Shown here piece after piece: positions 1 to 26,485 of a DNA stretch of 64,000 bases (positions are counted from its first letter, which is position 1; every line of letters begins with the position of its first letter). The DNA comes from Chrysomallon squamiferum (taxonomy: Eukaryota > Animalia > Mollusca): positions 1,240,001-1,304,000 of the forward strand of contig CM022670.1 in NCBI GenBank assembly GCA_012295275.1, written 5' to 3'. Under the pieces are notes generated by a model. The model was not told the origin of the DNA. It saw nothing but the letters and a program-made list of their open reading frames with translations, and did no database searches. Both the position numbers and the translations under genes were made by a program.

Positions 1-34
1 ACAAGCAGAAATTATATGATAAAAATAATATTAA

Positions 35-72
<38 letters not shown>

Positions 73-507
73 TACATTATATATATATATATATATACAT
101 GTGTATAGTTATTCAAAATTGATTCAAAGTTAATCATAAATATTTTATTACACCTAATTTTTTTCTTGAAAAATCTATAAGTATTGAGAAGTATATATAA
201 TTAATTAATTAATTTATTTATTTATTTATTTATTTGTTATTATTTTTGTTATTATTATTATTATTATTATTTACATACATTATACCAAATTTTAATTTTT
301 AAGAAACTATTTACAATTTAATATGTTAATAAAAGATAAATAAAAATGATAAATGATAATAATAATAAACAACAACAACAGTTACAATGTTGATTACTTC
401 TAGGTACTATATGGGAACAAAATCACATTAGAAACTTTAAGACCAATAAGTATTTACGTTTATCTGACATGTAAACATCAACAGCTGTATATTATTATTT
501 TGTGCAG

Positions 508-3255
508 GGAAATGGTGGAATGTTTTAATTATCTCAGAGATGATGAAAACTGCAGGGTAGTGCTTCTATCAGCAGCAGGCAAGATGTTCACAGCAGGTAT
601 AAATAAAAAGTAAAATCTAGCATTATTAATTTATGTACAATATCAAATTTAGTTCAATTATATTTGTGTGAAAATATCAATATCAATATAATATTATACA
701 GTCATAATTTAATAATTATTTTATATGTGTGCTCATATGTATGATTATTATTATTACTACTACTATTACTACTAAAACTACTGATTATTATTTAAGATAA
801 TATGATATCTTGTCAGGTATTGATCTCACAGACTTGGGGTCTCTGGCTGCCATAGTTCAGTCAGAACAAGACATTGCTAGGAAAGCTTTTCAGATGAGAC
901 CGTTGATCAGACAGTACCAAGAAGCCTTCTCCGTCATTGAAAAAGTAAGAACCAGTCGGGTGAAATGGTAACATGTTGAAACTAGCAGGGCAAAAGGGCA
1001 AAAATATGTTGAAACTTTCAGCGTGAAAGGTAATGTAGAAATAATTAGGTAAAATATCTATGAATCAACAGAATAAAAATAAATCAGCAGAATAAAAGGA
1101 TGAAATGTGTTTTGTGTATGTTTATTGTGTGTGTTTATTGTGTGTGTGAATGTGTCTTTAGGATACTGGGTAAAATTAGGTAGGAAAAAAAACAGGGTAA
1201 AAGTAAAACTGCATAAAGTAATATGGGAAAGGATTTAAGTGTATTGGAAGCAAATGATTCAATTACACTGAAAGGATCAGGCTGAAAAGGTAATAATTAA
1301 AAAAGTTAATTAGACTTATACATTATATTTAGGACAAATTATAATGTATTGATCAGTGTACTTGAATTTGTAAATATTCCAGGATCTTGTTACTTTTACT
1401 TATTTTGTTTCCCCCCAGTGTCCAAAGCCAGTAATAGCCGCTGTCCACAATGCCTGTGTGGGGGGAGGTATTGACATGATATCAGCATGTGACATCAGGT
1501 ACTGCACACAAGATGCTTGGTTTCAGATTAAGGTAAAACATTTTTTTCTTTTTTTTAAATACATGTTTTTAGTTATTGTTACTCATTTTCGTCCTGTTGA
1601 TTGAGACATTGTAGCTAAGTATTTGTACAGCAGTTATCTCAGAACTAGAAGGGTTGTTGGATTAATCCTAGGTTGGTTATCTGTTGGGCAGTTTCCCATT
1701 CTGTTCCGAATTTCAGGTTTGATATAGAAGAACTGTTCAGAGTGTTTTCCTATTAGTGCGAAAAGATTCCTTGTTACTAATTACTGAGGCCAGTCCATAC
1801 TGTGACAGAAGCAAGTTTTCTCTCTCATGTTGTGTGTTTATGTGCTTGTTTGTAATCTGCTTATAAAATCTGTTTTGTTTTTTTGTGTATTGTGTGCATG
1901 TTTTATGTGTGTGTATGTTGTAACTACATAAGGTATGTGTGTGTATGTTGTAACTACATAAAGTGTGTGTGTATATGTATATTGCATGTCTTGTTTTTGT
2001 ATGTATGATGTGTGTATGTATGTGTGTTTTGTGTCTGTGGAAATGTGTGTGTGTGTATGTGAGTGTTTGTGTAAGTTCAAGTATGTATGTATTTAATCAA
2101 AAATGGATCATTGAGTAAACTTGTGTGTGTATAAATACAAATATTTATATATTTACATGTTAATGTATATACTAATGTATGTATGTGTTACACAGGAGAT
2201 TGATGTAGGTCTGGCAGCTGATGTTGGGACATTACAGAGGTTTCCTAAAATTATAGGAAATGACAGTCTGGCACGAGAATTAGCTTTCACTGCCAGAAAG
2301 TTTTATGCCGATGAAGCAAAAGAGATTGGATTTGTTAGGTAAAACAACAATAATTGTTTTCATAGAAACTTTGATAGCATGTGTTTTTACCTATGTATTA
2401 TTTATTAGAGAAATACTGCACACTATGCTTGATAAACAAGTTGGTTAGTTGGGGGAGGCAGAAAGATGGATTTTCCTGAAATTTGACACAGGTAAAAACA
2501 CAACTACCAATTTCTTGTGGCTTTGTCCAGATTTTCCTATCTGGTTTTCCAAAATCTAGAAAGGCAGTTGCCTCCCTTGACACCAAGAGTTTTGTGTGTG
2601 TGAGATAAATTTTATATTAAAAATCTGATTTAGTTTAAATTCAGATAAACACCTTAAACACCAAGCAGCATCTTTACTTTTTAATTCTTGTATTATTTAC
2701 GTTTCTTGCAGTCGTGTTTTTATGGACAAGGAAGCCATGATGGAGGGCAGTTTGGAAATTGCATCTCTGATTGCATCTAAAAGTCCTGTGGCAGTTCAAG
2801 GAACCAAACTCAGTCTGGTGTATTCCAGAGACCACAGTGTGCAGGAGGGTCTCAATCACATAGTAAGTCTGTGTGTGTACGTGAATGCATGAACGAGCAT
2901 GTGTGGTCACCAGTCTGTCTCTCTGAGCAGGATACTAGGTGTGTGTGTTTAGATGGGTGCAGGTTGAGTTGTTGACAGAGATGAAAGATGTTTTTCAGTG
3001 AATTTTTTAATTAATTATCAAACTATCACTGTTCAGAAAAGATAAATGATTTTGAAAATGTTTGCATTTCACAGTTTTTAATAAAAAAATGCTCGACCTA
3101 AGTTTATTATTTTTCAGTTTAATTAATATTAATGGTTTGTTTTTCCGGTGTTTTTCTAGGCTACCTGGAATCAAGGAATGTTACTGAGTGAGGATTTAAT
3201 GAAGGCAGTAATGGCACAAGTGGAGAAAAAACCTGCTACATTTTCAAAACTCTAA
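508..3255 (+). CDS. ECH1: Delta(3,5)-Delta(2,4)-dienoyl-CoA isomerase (crotonase family), 5'-partial, 6 exons visible
   Basis: Phase-consistent GT-AG exons 508-596, 817-944, 1419-1532, 2196-2338, 2712-2862, 3160-3255. They translate to [33 protein letters not shown]...[72 protein letters not shown]...[25 protein letters not shown]...KPATFSKL*, with the ECH1 signature motifs, the acidic catalytic positions and a C-terminal PTS1. No start codon found; earlier exons presumably lie left of the window. Confidence 0.96.
1610..1830 (+). mobile_element. Decayed SINE-like interspersed repeat in an ECH1 intron
   Basis: Shares short diagnostic segments with three other loci in the window. Example: aaaagattccttgttactaatt here versus aaaagatcgcttattgctaatc (reverse complement of about 47678-47699). 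Resembles a gastropod tRNA-derived SINE as I recall it; unverified. Confidence 0.4.
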
Positions 3256-6200
3256 TTCTACCATACGATAATTTCTAAAAAAAAAATTGAATTTTGTTTT
3301 TAATTAATTTAAAATTTGTTAATTAAGTTAATTTGAGGATAGGGCTCACATGGAACATTTTAAGTTTTTGTGGTCAAGGTGAATTATTTTAATTAACTTG
3401 ATTTAACATTCTCAGAAAGTGAGAACGGTAGTATGTATTATTTTGAAGTTAATTTGTTGAGTTATTTAAAGGATGTTGTGTGAATGAAGACTTTTTGAAC
3501 AGAAGTGATGATCTTATTGTGAACTAATAACTGGCCAAATCATGAATTTGTTTAAAAATTATTGGAATAAATCAACAGTTAATTTTGTAAATGAAAATGT
3601 CATTATTAATTTTGATTAATGGTTTTGTTCATTTATACAGATATATTTATTTTTATATATATAGTTGTTTTTTTTTTTTTGGTCCATAGAAATTTTGGAA
3701 TAATGTTGGCATATATTCCATAAATGAAATCTTTCAAGTCTTCTGTTTTTCTTTACTTTTTTTTATTTATTAAAAAAAAAATAAAAAAATAAATAAAAGT
3801 AATTATATAATAAAAAAAATAATCCACCTTTATTGATTTTTTTTATTGCCATAGTTAAATTTATTATCCTATATTGGTCTCTAATAAAAATATAATAATA
3901 ATAATAATAATAATAATCGATCAACGACGCACAACTGTAATGTTGACCTCTATTTAAATCGAGGCTTGAAAATGATTTTTTTTATTTTACATTTGAATGT
4001 AATTATTGAAACTGACACTTCAAGAAGAGTATTATTTAAATTAAAGCAGATGTATGTTACAACATAAATCAAATTTAACTTTATAAATTAGTGAGAGTTT
4101 GTAAATTTCGAACACACACGACTGCAATAAAAAAATATAATTTTCTGCATACGCAAAGCTGTTTCAGGCTGTACTTTTCCCCCATTCTACCAAGTGTTTG
4201 ATCGTTGTTTTATCAAACTCTATAATTAGTTCTTTGTTACCTGCTGGAATATACCTGTACAAATCCATTCGGCTTAATGATGAAAGGAGTCCATCAATTG
4301 ATGTCAGCACGTTTTCTTTCTTATAAAACGAATATAAAGTTATGTCAGAAGTAAAAACGTGCTCAAATTTCATCAGATATTAATTTATTTATATGTCGAA
4401 TGAGATCGTAATTCTAATCTAAAATGGCCATTTCTAAAACGATATTTTTATTATTATTATTATGAGTTGTTTTATATAAACAAGTTTATGAGATATTTGT
4501 TTTGATATTTTGAATCGTAATTAATTAATGCTTTCAGTCCATCTAGAATCAAGATTTTGCGTTTTAGGAGAACAGAAGAGCTTGGAATAAAAAAAAATAT
4601 TTACATTCGAAATAAACGCATAAGCTCATGTTCAAACGCACACTCATTTCAACGCACAACGTAGGCACGTACAGACATAGCTACAGACATAAAACACTAG
4701 TGAAAGGGGAACAAAAATAAAAATGAAGAACACTTTCTTTCTTCCTACATTAAATAAAGAAAATAATAAATTTACAACAAATAATTAGTAAAAAAAAAAG
4801 AAATAAATAAACTGACAAATAAATATGTAAATAAATTGACAAATAAATAAATAAATAAATAAATAAATAAATTGATAAATAAATAGATAAATAAATAAAA
4901 ATAAAATAAAGATTCCTTTCTTCTATTTAAAATAAAGAAAATAATAAATTTACAACAAATAAAAAGTAATTCATTATTAAATAAATAAATAACAAAACAG
5001 AAACCACTACGAGCAATAACTGACTGAATGGTTTTTTAAAGACACTTTAGCAAGAAAAACAAGAAAAGATAGAATTTTAACTTCATATCCGTGAAATAAA
5101 TAATACAAACGCCGAAATATTTTTATCTATTTTATGTTATATTTCTTTCTTCTTTTTTTTATTTTTAAATTATCAATTATCCACTCTGACTACCTGTTCA
5201 AATTCCGTTATATAACGGTGAATGTTTGTCTAACTACCAATATATTTCCGAGTGACGGAATTTTCCTAGTTCCATGTTTGTAATCTCAATTTATATTTCA
5301 CGTCTGACAGATCTACCTAGGTCAATGATGACTAATTACAAACAAGACAATGACAACCAGTGCAGTTTGTTTCGAGTGTCTTCTAATAAAACTTGAAACC
5401 TGACTGTACGTACAAGCATAACGTTCTTCTTATCTGATAACACAAACATATGGATTCCCGTGGAAATCTGGGGCAGTGTATTTTAATAAGAAAAATATAG
5501 ACACAAGTTCAAGAGAAGAGGGAAGTTAAATGATGATGGTAATAAAAGTAGTAATAATATAGTTTGTGTTTTTCTTTCCGTCCATATATCTGTGTGTACT
5601 TGTGTGTGTGTATGTATGTATGTATGTATGTATGTATGTATGTATGTATGTATGTGTATAATTATGTGTATATGTCTGAATGTGCAATTTTATGTATATA
5701 TTTGTATGTATGCATGTATAAGTGTACATGTGTGTGTATGTATGTTTATACGTATGTATATATAAATGTGTGTGTGTACTTATTTGTTTCTCTATACATA
5801 CTTACCTCACACACATAGTGTATTTAATCCTGAAGACACCTACATATCTAAATTTGTAGTATTTACAAAGTACCCAACGACGTACAAGTAACTTCAGTCG
5901 TAAATCAGTCTATCGGGTATTCACTCTCGAAGTCATAACGGGGACTATAAAGTTAATTTTAACCTACATTTCACTCTTATCGCGAACAACACAGCTCTGT
6001 GCATAAACCTCTTGAATTCACCTGTTCAGATTCTACACAGGTGAGCCATATTGATTTTCAGTCCAGTCTTGATAGTGAAGTTCTTTTTTACAGCTGATGC
6101 AGATCTTTGACGACATTTGGGAAAATATATGTGTCGAATTTTGTAAGAAAAAATAATATTTATTTATTTATTTTACTATTATTTTTTCATTTTTTTTATT

Positions 6201-6440
6201 TTTATTTTATTTAGAAGACGCGTTAATAGTTTTTGAAGGTAGCCTTATAAGAAATAGAAAGACGTTGGTTGATGTGTGGATTGTTCGTCGTCGATGATTC
6301 ACTGGATGTTTTGGCGTCGTAGAAGAAGATTTTGAAACTTCGTTAAGAGGAGGTTAAATAATCGTTTGTGATGGAAATTCTGAAAACTGATTTGTAGGTG
6401 AGTATAAACAGCTATTAGTACCTCCACCACCACCACTACC

Positions 6441-6504
<64 letters not shown>

Positions 6505-6928
6505 TGATGGTAATAATAAAGATGACGATGATTATGATGATAATAATAATGATGACGAAGATTATGATGATAATAATAATAAAGATGACGATGGTTATGA
6601 TGATAATAATAACGATGACGATGATGATGATAAGAAGAAGAAATTAATTATACAACATTTGATAAGCGCCACATATTAGAGTCTGTATCAACTATCAGAA
6701 AAAGATATATGTGTAATTAACTAGTCCTCTGTTTTTGCAATATGTTATATGTAGTCTTTCAAAATCATAATAATGCATCTTCTAGGACATATACACAATA
6801 GCTTAATTAAACACAGAATAATAAATCTTGAAACAAAAATAATCCTTTATTAGTAGTAAAGTTTGGGCTCAAGCAACGGATATGTATAGAAAATGTATTT
6901 TGGCTTTAATTAAGTTAGTACAGATAAA

Positions 6929-6967
<39 letters not shown>

Positions 6968-7546
6968 AAAAATCTCAAATTAAAACAGATGCTTAGACGA
7001 TTTGTCCACACCTTCAAGAAACATGTTGTGCATCAGGACAATGAAAAAAAAAAATGAGGTTAATCTCAGATATTTACTGTGTTTTTTGTTTGTTTTTTTG
7101 GACTTTACCGGTCTTCTCCACTTTCAAATCTGCATATCTTGACGCTGTTACTGAAACCTTGTTCAGGAGCGGATCAATGGAGGAGAACATTTATTTATTT
7201 ATTGTAATTATTAATTATCTCATTTATTTGTTGTTTGATTTGTTTATTTATATTTATTTATTATTCTTTAAATTGTTGATATTTTAAAAATTGTTTGTCA
7301 GCTGATGTTTTTTCTTCGTAATTTTATTTTAAAATTATTTCGAAGGCATCTTGTTTATCAAATTTTGTGTCCGCCCCTGTTTATCTACCTGTTCAAAACA
7401 AGCCTCCAGAATTACTAATACCAGAAGTAAATATTTGTCAACACTGAGGTGTGCTAATCACGATAGTCTAATACCTGTGTTACTAGGAGACCGCTCATCT
7501 GTAATACACAGCAAGTTCAGTACTCTTCCGGGTCCAGACATCGTTT

Positions 7547-7582
<36 letters not shown>

Positions 7583-9071
7583 TTTAATAATAATCATGAT
7601 GATGATGATGATGATGGTAATGATGATAATGATGATGATGATGATAATAATAATTTTTGTAAAATCATAACGATAATGATGAAATGATAATAAATAATAA
7701 CGATAACGATAACGATAATAACAAAAGTAATAATAATGATGATGATAACAAGTAATGAGAAGTAAAGTAACACTAATAATATTAAGAAAAATGATATCAG
7801 GAAACAAAAATGAAGTTTTAAACAAAAATTCAAAACAAAATAAATTAAATAAATCCAGTAACAACAACAACAAAAACCAACAACAAAGTAATGCCAACAA
7901 CAACAACGACATCCACAACAAGAACAGAAATTAAAACAATATTCTCAAAAATAGATAAATTTACAAAAATAAAAATTACAACAAAATAGAAACAACGGAA
8001 ATATGATCAACCTCAGTAAACGATTTATTCAACAAACACCCAGAAGCTTTTAAATTGCCGACACAAAAATACATGGTATTGATACTTACATACAAATACA
8101 GACTATTGTATGGGCGGAGATTACAAAGGCAGGGCATACTGTCCTTGTCATGTTTTAAACGAGCTTCAAGAAAACTGATAACAATAATCTTCTCATGTAA
8201 AACACTCTTATCAATAAAATACGAACCGGGTACACGCCGTCGCTGATATTTGAACCTCTCGGGTTAGCTAGATATAAATCATACCAGGAAGCATTCACCT
8301 AGGGTAAGTTTCTAATCCGCGATTTCATTTTTAAAGATATTTCGCTATTATTAGTGAACGTTTGTTTGTACTTAATTTAAGACGTTCTAACAGACAGGTT
8401 GAATCATGACATTATAATCAGCTTTGTAAGTAGTAAATCAATATATCTACATAATCTTTGTGAAAGAAAGACGGACAAACAGAGAGATGTTTTATTTACT
8501 TTTCATTTAATGTATGTAAAATATGTAGTGTCAGTATAATAAACAGCATTATTTGTATAATCAGTGGTTATCATCGTAATCTCAATCCTTAAAATATTAT
8601 CTTCATAATGTCAGTAATCAACAAAAGACAAAATGTTATTTTGATGACTAAGTTGATTCACACACACAAACACACACGCACGCACACACAGACACACACA
8701 CACACATAGGGACACAGAGAAACAGACACATCACACACACAGAGACAAAAACACACTTGAATCTTTTCCATCCTGATTGTAGATGGAGTAGATGTACTAT
8801 TGTTATTACTCTTCTTCTTCTTCTTCTTCTACTATTACTACTATTACTACTACTACTACCATGATAACTACAGCAGCAACAACAACAACTACTATTACTA
8901 CTAATATTAGCTGCTTGTTATTATTACTTTATTAGTAGTATTGTGACTTTTGTTTGGAAAGGTACATTTTGAAGAAGGATTAATCAGTACATTATAAGTT
9001 GTGTTAAGAAGTAATTTATTTATAAATTATATGTCATATCTTTTACAGACACACGAGAAAGAATCAGAATC

Positions 9072-21660
<12,589 letters not shown>

Positions 21661-21797
21661 TCAGAACTGTAATACTTGCACTGTTATCATGATGTCGAAA
21701 TGTGAAGAATGGACAAGACTGATATATATTTCTATACAGATTAAATCAGATTATTTATTTATTTAATTTATTTAATTTATTTAATTTATTATTATTA

Positions 21798-21887
<90 letters not shown>

Positions 21888-22468
21888 TTGGGTAGTGAAA
21901 ATCTTAATGTTTAAAATAAATTTTACAACTTTAGCAATCTAAAAATAAAAAATCCAGTATTCTGAATGTTAATATATATTAGGTATTTTTTTCAACTTTT
22001 TTTTTTCATTGTAAAATAAAATACATCAGTCAGAAATGTTTTATTATCCAGGGTTTTACAATATTACTAAATAAGGAATAGTTGAGTTTAAAAAAATATC
22101 AGTAAATAATAGATAAATTAAAACTGCTGCATCAAAAGTTAATCGAGTTTTATGTATCAGAATATAAACTGATAAAAGTACATACATGTAATATATAATA
22201 TATAATAATCTATATGTATACATTTTTTATATTTTTTGCTGTGGTCATGATTTTGGTTTTAACGTTTTTATATTGATGTATAAATGAATAAAATAAATAG
22301 ATAAATGAGAATGGCTATTGTAGGCAGAATTGTATACAATCAGATCTTTTTCTTTAATTTGTATAGCTTTCTCGTTTATGATTAAATGTTCGTTTAAAAG
22401 CGATTGTTATGCAGTTTTGACGAGTATTCAGTATTTAATCAGATAAGGTACGTGCTTGCGAATGTGTT

Positions 22469-22570
<102 letters not shown>

Positions 22571-25500
22571 CTGTGGTTCTTAAAGAACAGCTTTATATTA
22601 TGTATCTCAGTGAAATAAAACCATATAAATGATCATTGTAACTAATTAACTTAGTATTTTAATTATCATTGTTATTATTACATAAAATAAATTATTTTTC
22701 TGTTATTCATTCGTTCAGAATTTCTGTTATTTTAGAGTGCTATATCTGTGTATAATCACTGCAGTGTTATATATAAAAAATATTTCTTTTATATCTATCA
22801 ATCTGTCTATTTATCTATCTAAATATAAATTATATACATAATTCGTAAAAAAAAATGCAGTGTCACATCATGTTTAAACGAGAAAGAAAAATGTTTTAGA
22901 ATTTCACTAAGAAAACACACATTATGAGAAAACGAATTTATTAAAATAAACATATAAGAAAAAAAATTTTAAAAAATAAAATAAAATAAAATAAAATAAT
23001 AATTTATTTTAATAAATTTATATATACACACCGTGACACACACACAAAATGAAGTGAAAAAACGATAATAGTATTAAAATAAAATAAATGACTATATTTA
23101 GTACCTGCTGTAATAAATACATACAGCAAAATACAGAAACTGTAACGTGACTAAAGGATTGTCAATATACAAAGCAGTAAGTACTGTCCCATACATACAT
23201 CAATCATCCTACAGCCTCTTTTTCTCAAATTATGAACTTCCCCTTGATGATACTGAATAACAAAATCTTCCAACAATTTATTTCATTTCTTTTATCTTTT
23301 GTTATTTAGTTCAGTTTTATGAAACGAGTTTGAAATGTTCAATTTAAATGCAAATTATTCTGCATACATCAACTCATTCAAATGTACGAACTGACTGGTG
23401 TGTTTACTGTTTTAAAATTCCCTTTGTTGTTATACGATCTGCTGAACAGAAATCAGCAGATCACATTATATTGCTGAAAACTGTATTAAATGGAAGAGGT
23501 CTTGTTTGGGATGTATTAAACACAAAATGAGACTGCGATAACTAGCATTTATCTCTTTTCAATTAAGCCTAAACCAAGACTCCCAAAAATTTTATATTTT
23601 ATTATAGTAATGGAATTTAGATAAGTCAAATTGGCCCTTTTTAGAAATGTATTAACAGAAATATTTCATTTAGTCTAAACTAAACTCCCCACAAATTTTG
23701 GGTTTTTTATTTAGTAATGAAATTGGGGCATAATTATTTAAATAATAATAATAATAATAAATTAAAAAAATATAATATATACTGTCCTTGTTTACACGAA
23801 GGTCTAAATGTGTTTAAGCTACTACTGTGAAGTGCTGGGCTTGCAGACTGCAAATTAATAAATTCATCTTTACAGTTTTTCGACAGATATTACTCTGTTA
23901 ATATGAGGTAAATTAAAATTGTATTTATCATCAAATGGGCTGTTGTTTTTGTTTGTTTTGTGGATTATTATTATTATTTTTTTTTTTTTTTTTTTAATGA
24001 ATCAAAGGAAAGAGAAAAAAAAATAAAAAAAACGAAAAAAAAAATATTTAAAAAAAAAAGAAAAAAGTAATCAACAGGTTGAATATAATTTATCAAAAGT
24101 TCTGAAACTTTTTTCCAAAGCCTCCTTTAGTCATTCTTGTTTAAAAGAGTTTTAATTTTAAATATTTTGGATGGTTTACTACTCAAAAACTTTATTTCAA
24201 GCACAAAATTATAAAATATATTATAGAGAATTATTTGCAATGTCGGTGAATATACTGTAAATAAAAAATATATGGACAGATAGATTTGATATGTAGACTT
24301 GGATCTTACTCCTTTATGTTCCAAAATCAAAAAACGTTCAGAAACTAATTTTTTTTTTTTTTTTTTTTTACAAAATCTCTACTTAGTATATAAAACAAAT
24401 AAATAGAATAAAAACATATTTTGCATCAGTATATAAAATGACAATAACAGTGAATATATACTACAAATACAAGTCTGTGTTCATGTGCATGCATAGTTAA
24501 ATATATTTCTTAAATTGCTAGAGAATTTGAGTTCGCATAACTGAAAAATGGAGCTGAGTATGTCTTTTATATTTCAAATATATAAATAAAGATTATTTTG
24601 CATTTACATAACTGAAAATTATGGCAGTAGTAGATATGTGTAAGTAATAAACAACAAAGACAAACATGAAAATAAGAATTATATATTTTTGTAAAATACT
24701 GTACAATTAAAATTAATAAAGTTTTAAATTTTTTTTTTTTTTTTACATTATATAATTAACAGCAGTAACAATATAATGAACATTCCATTTCTAAAAAAAA
24801 TCAAAGAATTATAAAAAAAAGAGATTTTATTTTCCCATACATGAATTTCTATATACTAATAAAAAAAAAACATATGGTGCCTTTAGCAATGTCTAAATGA
24901 CTGTTAAATTGCACAAATAAAATGAGAGAGAAAGAAAAAAGAAATGAAATAATAAGGGACATGATAAAAATAGAAAAAATAAAAGAAAATGAATGAAATA
25001 AAAGGCTTAATGCGACTATACAGTTAGTTATTAGAATCAGACAAAAAAATTTTTCATAATGAGGAAACCCACCTGTTATCCAGAATATTGTTCCTCTTAT
25101 AAAAAAGCAGGAAAGTTACCATTTTGCAAGCACCTTCCAATGGTCATGAAAACCTACCTTGACCTTTGACACAGCAGTCATGAGATGCAGGTATAACAGA
25201 ATGAAGCAGAAAATGCTCACAAAGAAAAGATGAAAATGGAAGTGGAAAGAGCACAAGAAAGAGAAAAGATCACAAAAATTAGAAAATGATTTTTAATTTA
25301 CCACAATTTTGATTTGACACCTAAGACACAAAATGTTTCTGAAATAGTTTCAAACTTAACCTCAGTTTGAGAAACTAATGTCTGTTCGTTGTTTAAAAAT
25401 AAAATAACAAGGATTCATAATAATGCTTTTATCACATGTACAACTGGTCACATACACAGCTATGGAAGGAATGTATTGTTATCGTTTTTTTTTATTTCTA

Positions 25501-25739
25501 ACTAGTTTGGTCAATAGCTACAGACCTTCAAAAAAATAAAAAAACACTGAGCATGCAGCCAAAGTTTTAAAAAATACTGAGGCCAAGTGCAATTGGTGTG
25601 TTAAAAAAAAATGCTTATTTGATGTAATTGTGTTTATCAAGCAAAAAAAAAAAAAAATCAATAATAATAATATTAAATAAATATATATTTCTTTTGTCTC
25701 ACTTCATCCAGATAATACGTTATTTATATATATATATAT

Positions 25740-25785
<46 letters not shown>

Positions 25786-26485
25786 TCAGTCCATTGAATA
25801 GAAACCACTAACTATGGCTTTGCTAATAACATTAATAACAAATTACAGATAGTAGTGACTAAATAATACGGTTTGTCATGTCTGTGTTTAACAATCACAA
25901 AACCTACATTTGTGTTTTTTTACTGTTCATGTTCTAATTACATCTCTAGTAGGTATAGTTAAAGCAGGGAGAACTTCTATCTTTGGCCAGTATTTATTAA
26001 ATTCATCACATTTTAATATTATAAAAAAAAAAAGATTCCATAATGCTTGGTCTGAATAAGCAATGGTATGACTCAAACGAAACTGCTCCCTTATCTAACT
26101 ATCCAAAATCAGAAATAAAAAATGTAAGATATCATAAAATATCAGTAGAACTATCAGTAGAAAAGTTACATACACCTATAGTTAGCTTTATTTGTACTTT
26201 ACAAATTTTACTGAATGTTGCCATTATCTTTTATAGTCTGTCTCTGAGGATTCTAAGTAAGAAATGGTTACCTGAAGTTCCAAAGTATGGTCTGAACATT
26301 TCTTAATTTTCCTAGAATAACAATTGGTCAATTACAAATACAATTGGACTGGTGAAAATTGCTCAGGTATTTAAAAGAAAATATTTGCATCCTGTTTAAT
26401 ACAAATGTTGTGTTCAGAAACAGGAGCCACCAAATCTTTTTGATGATGAATAACATCTCCAAGCAGTTATAAGTAATGTCAGATT

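Noticed and set aside
4164-4373. 69-aa minus-strand ORF with protein-like composition
   Set aside because: No recognisable domain and no supporting exon chain.
4735-4970. Local duplication of about 45 bp (aaataaagaaaataataaatttacaacaaataa)
   Set aside because: Real but low-complexity and intergenic, with no functional indication.
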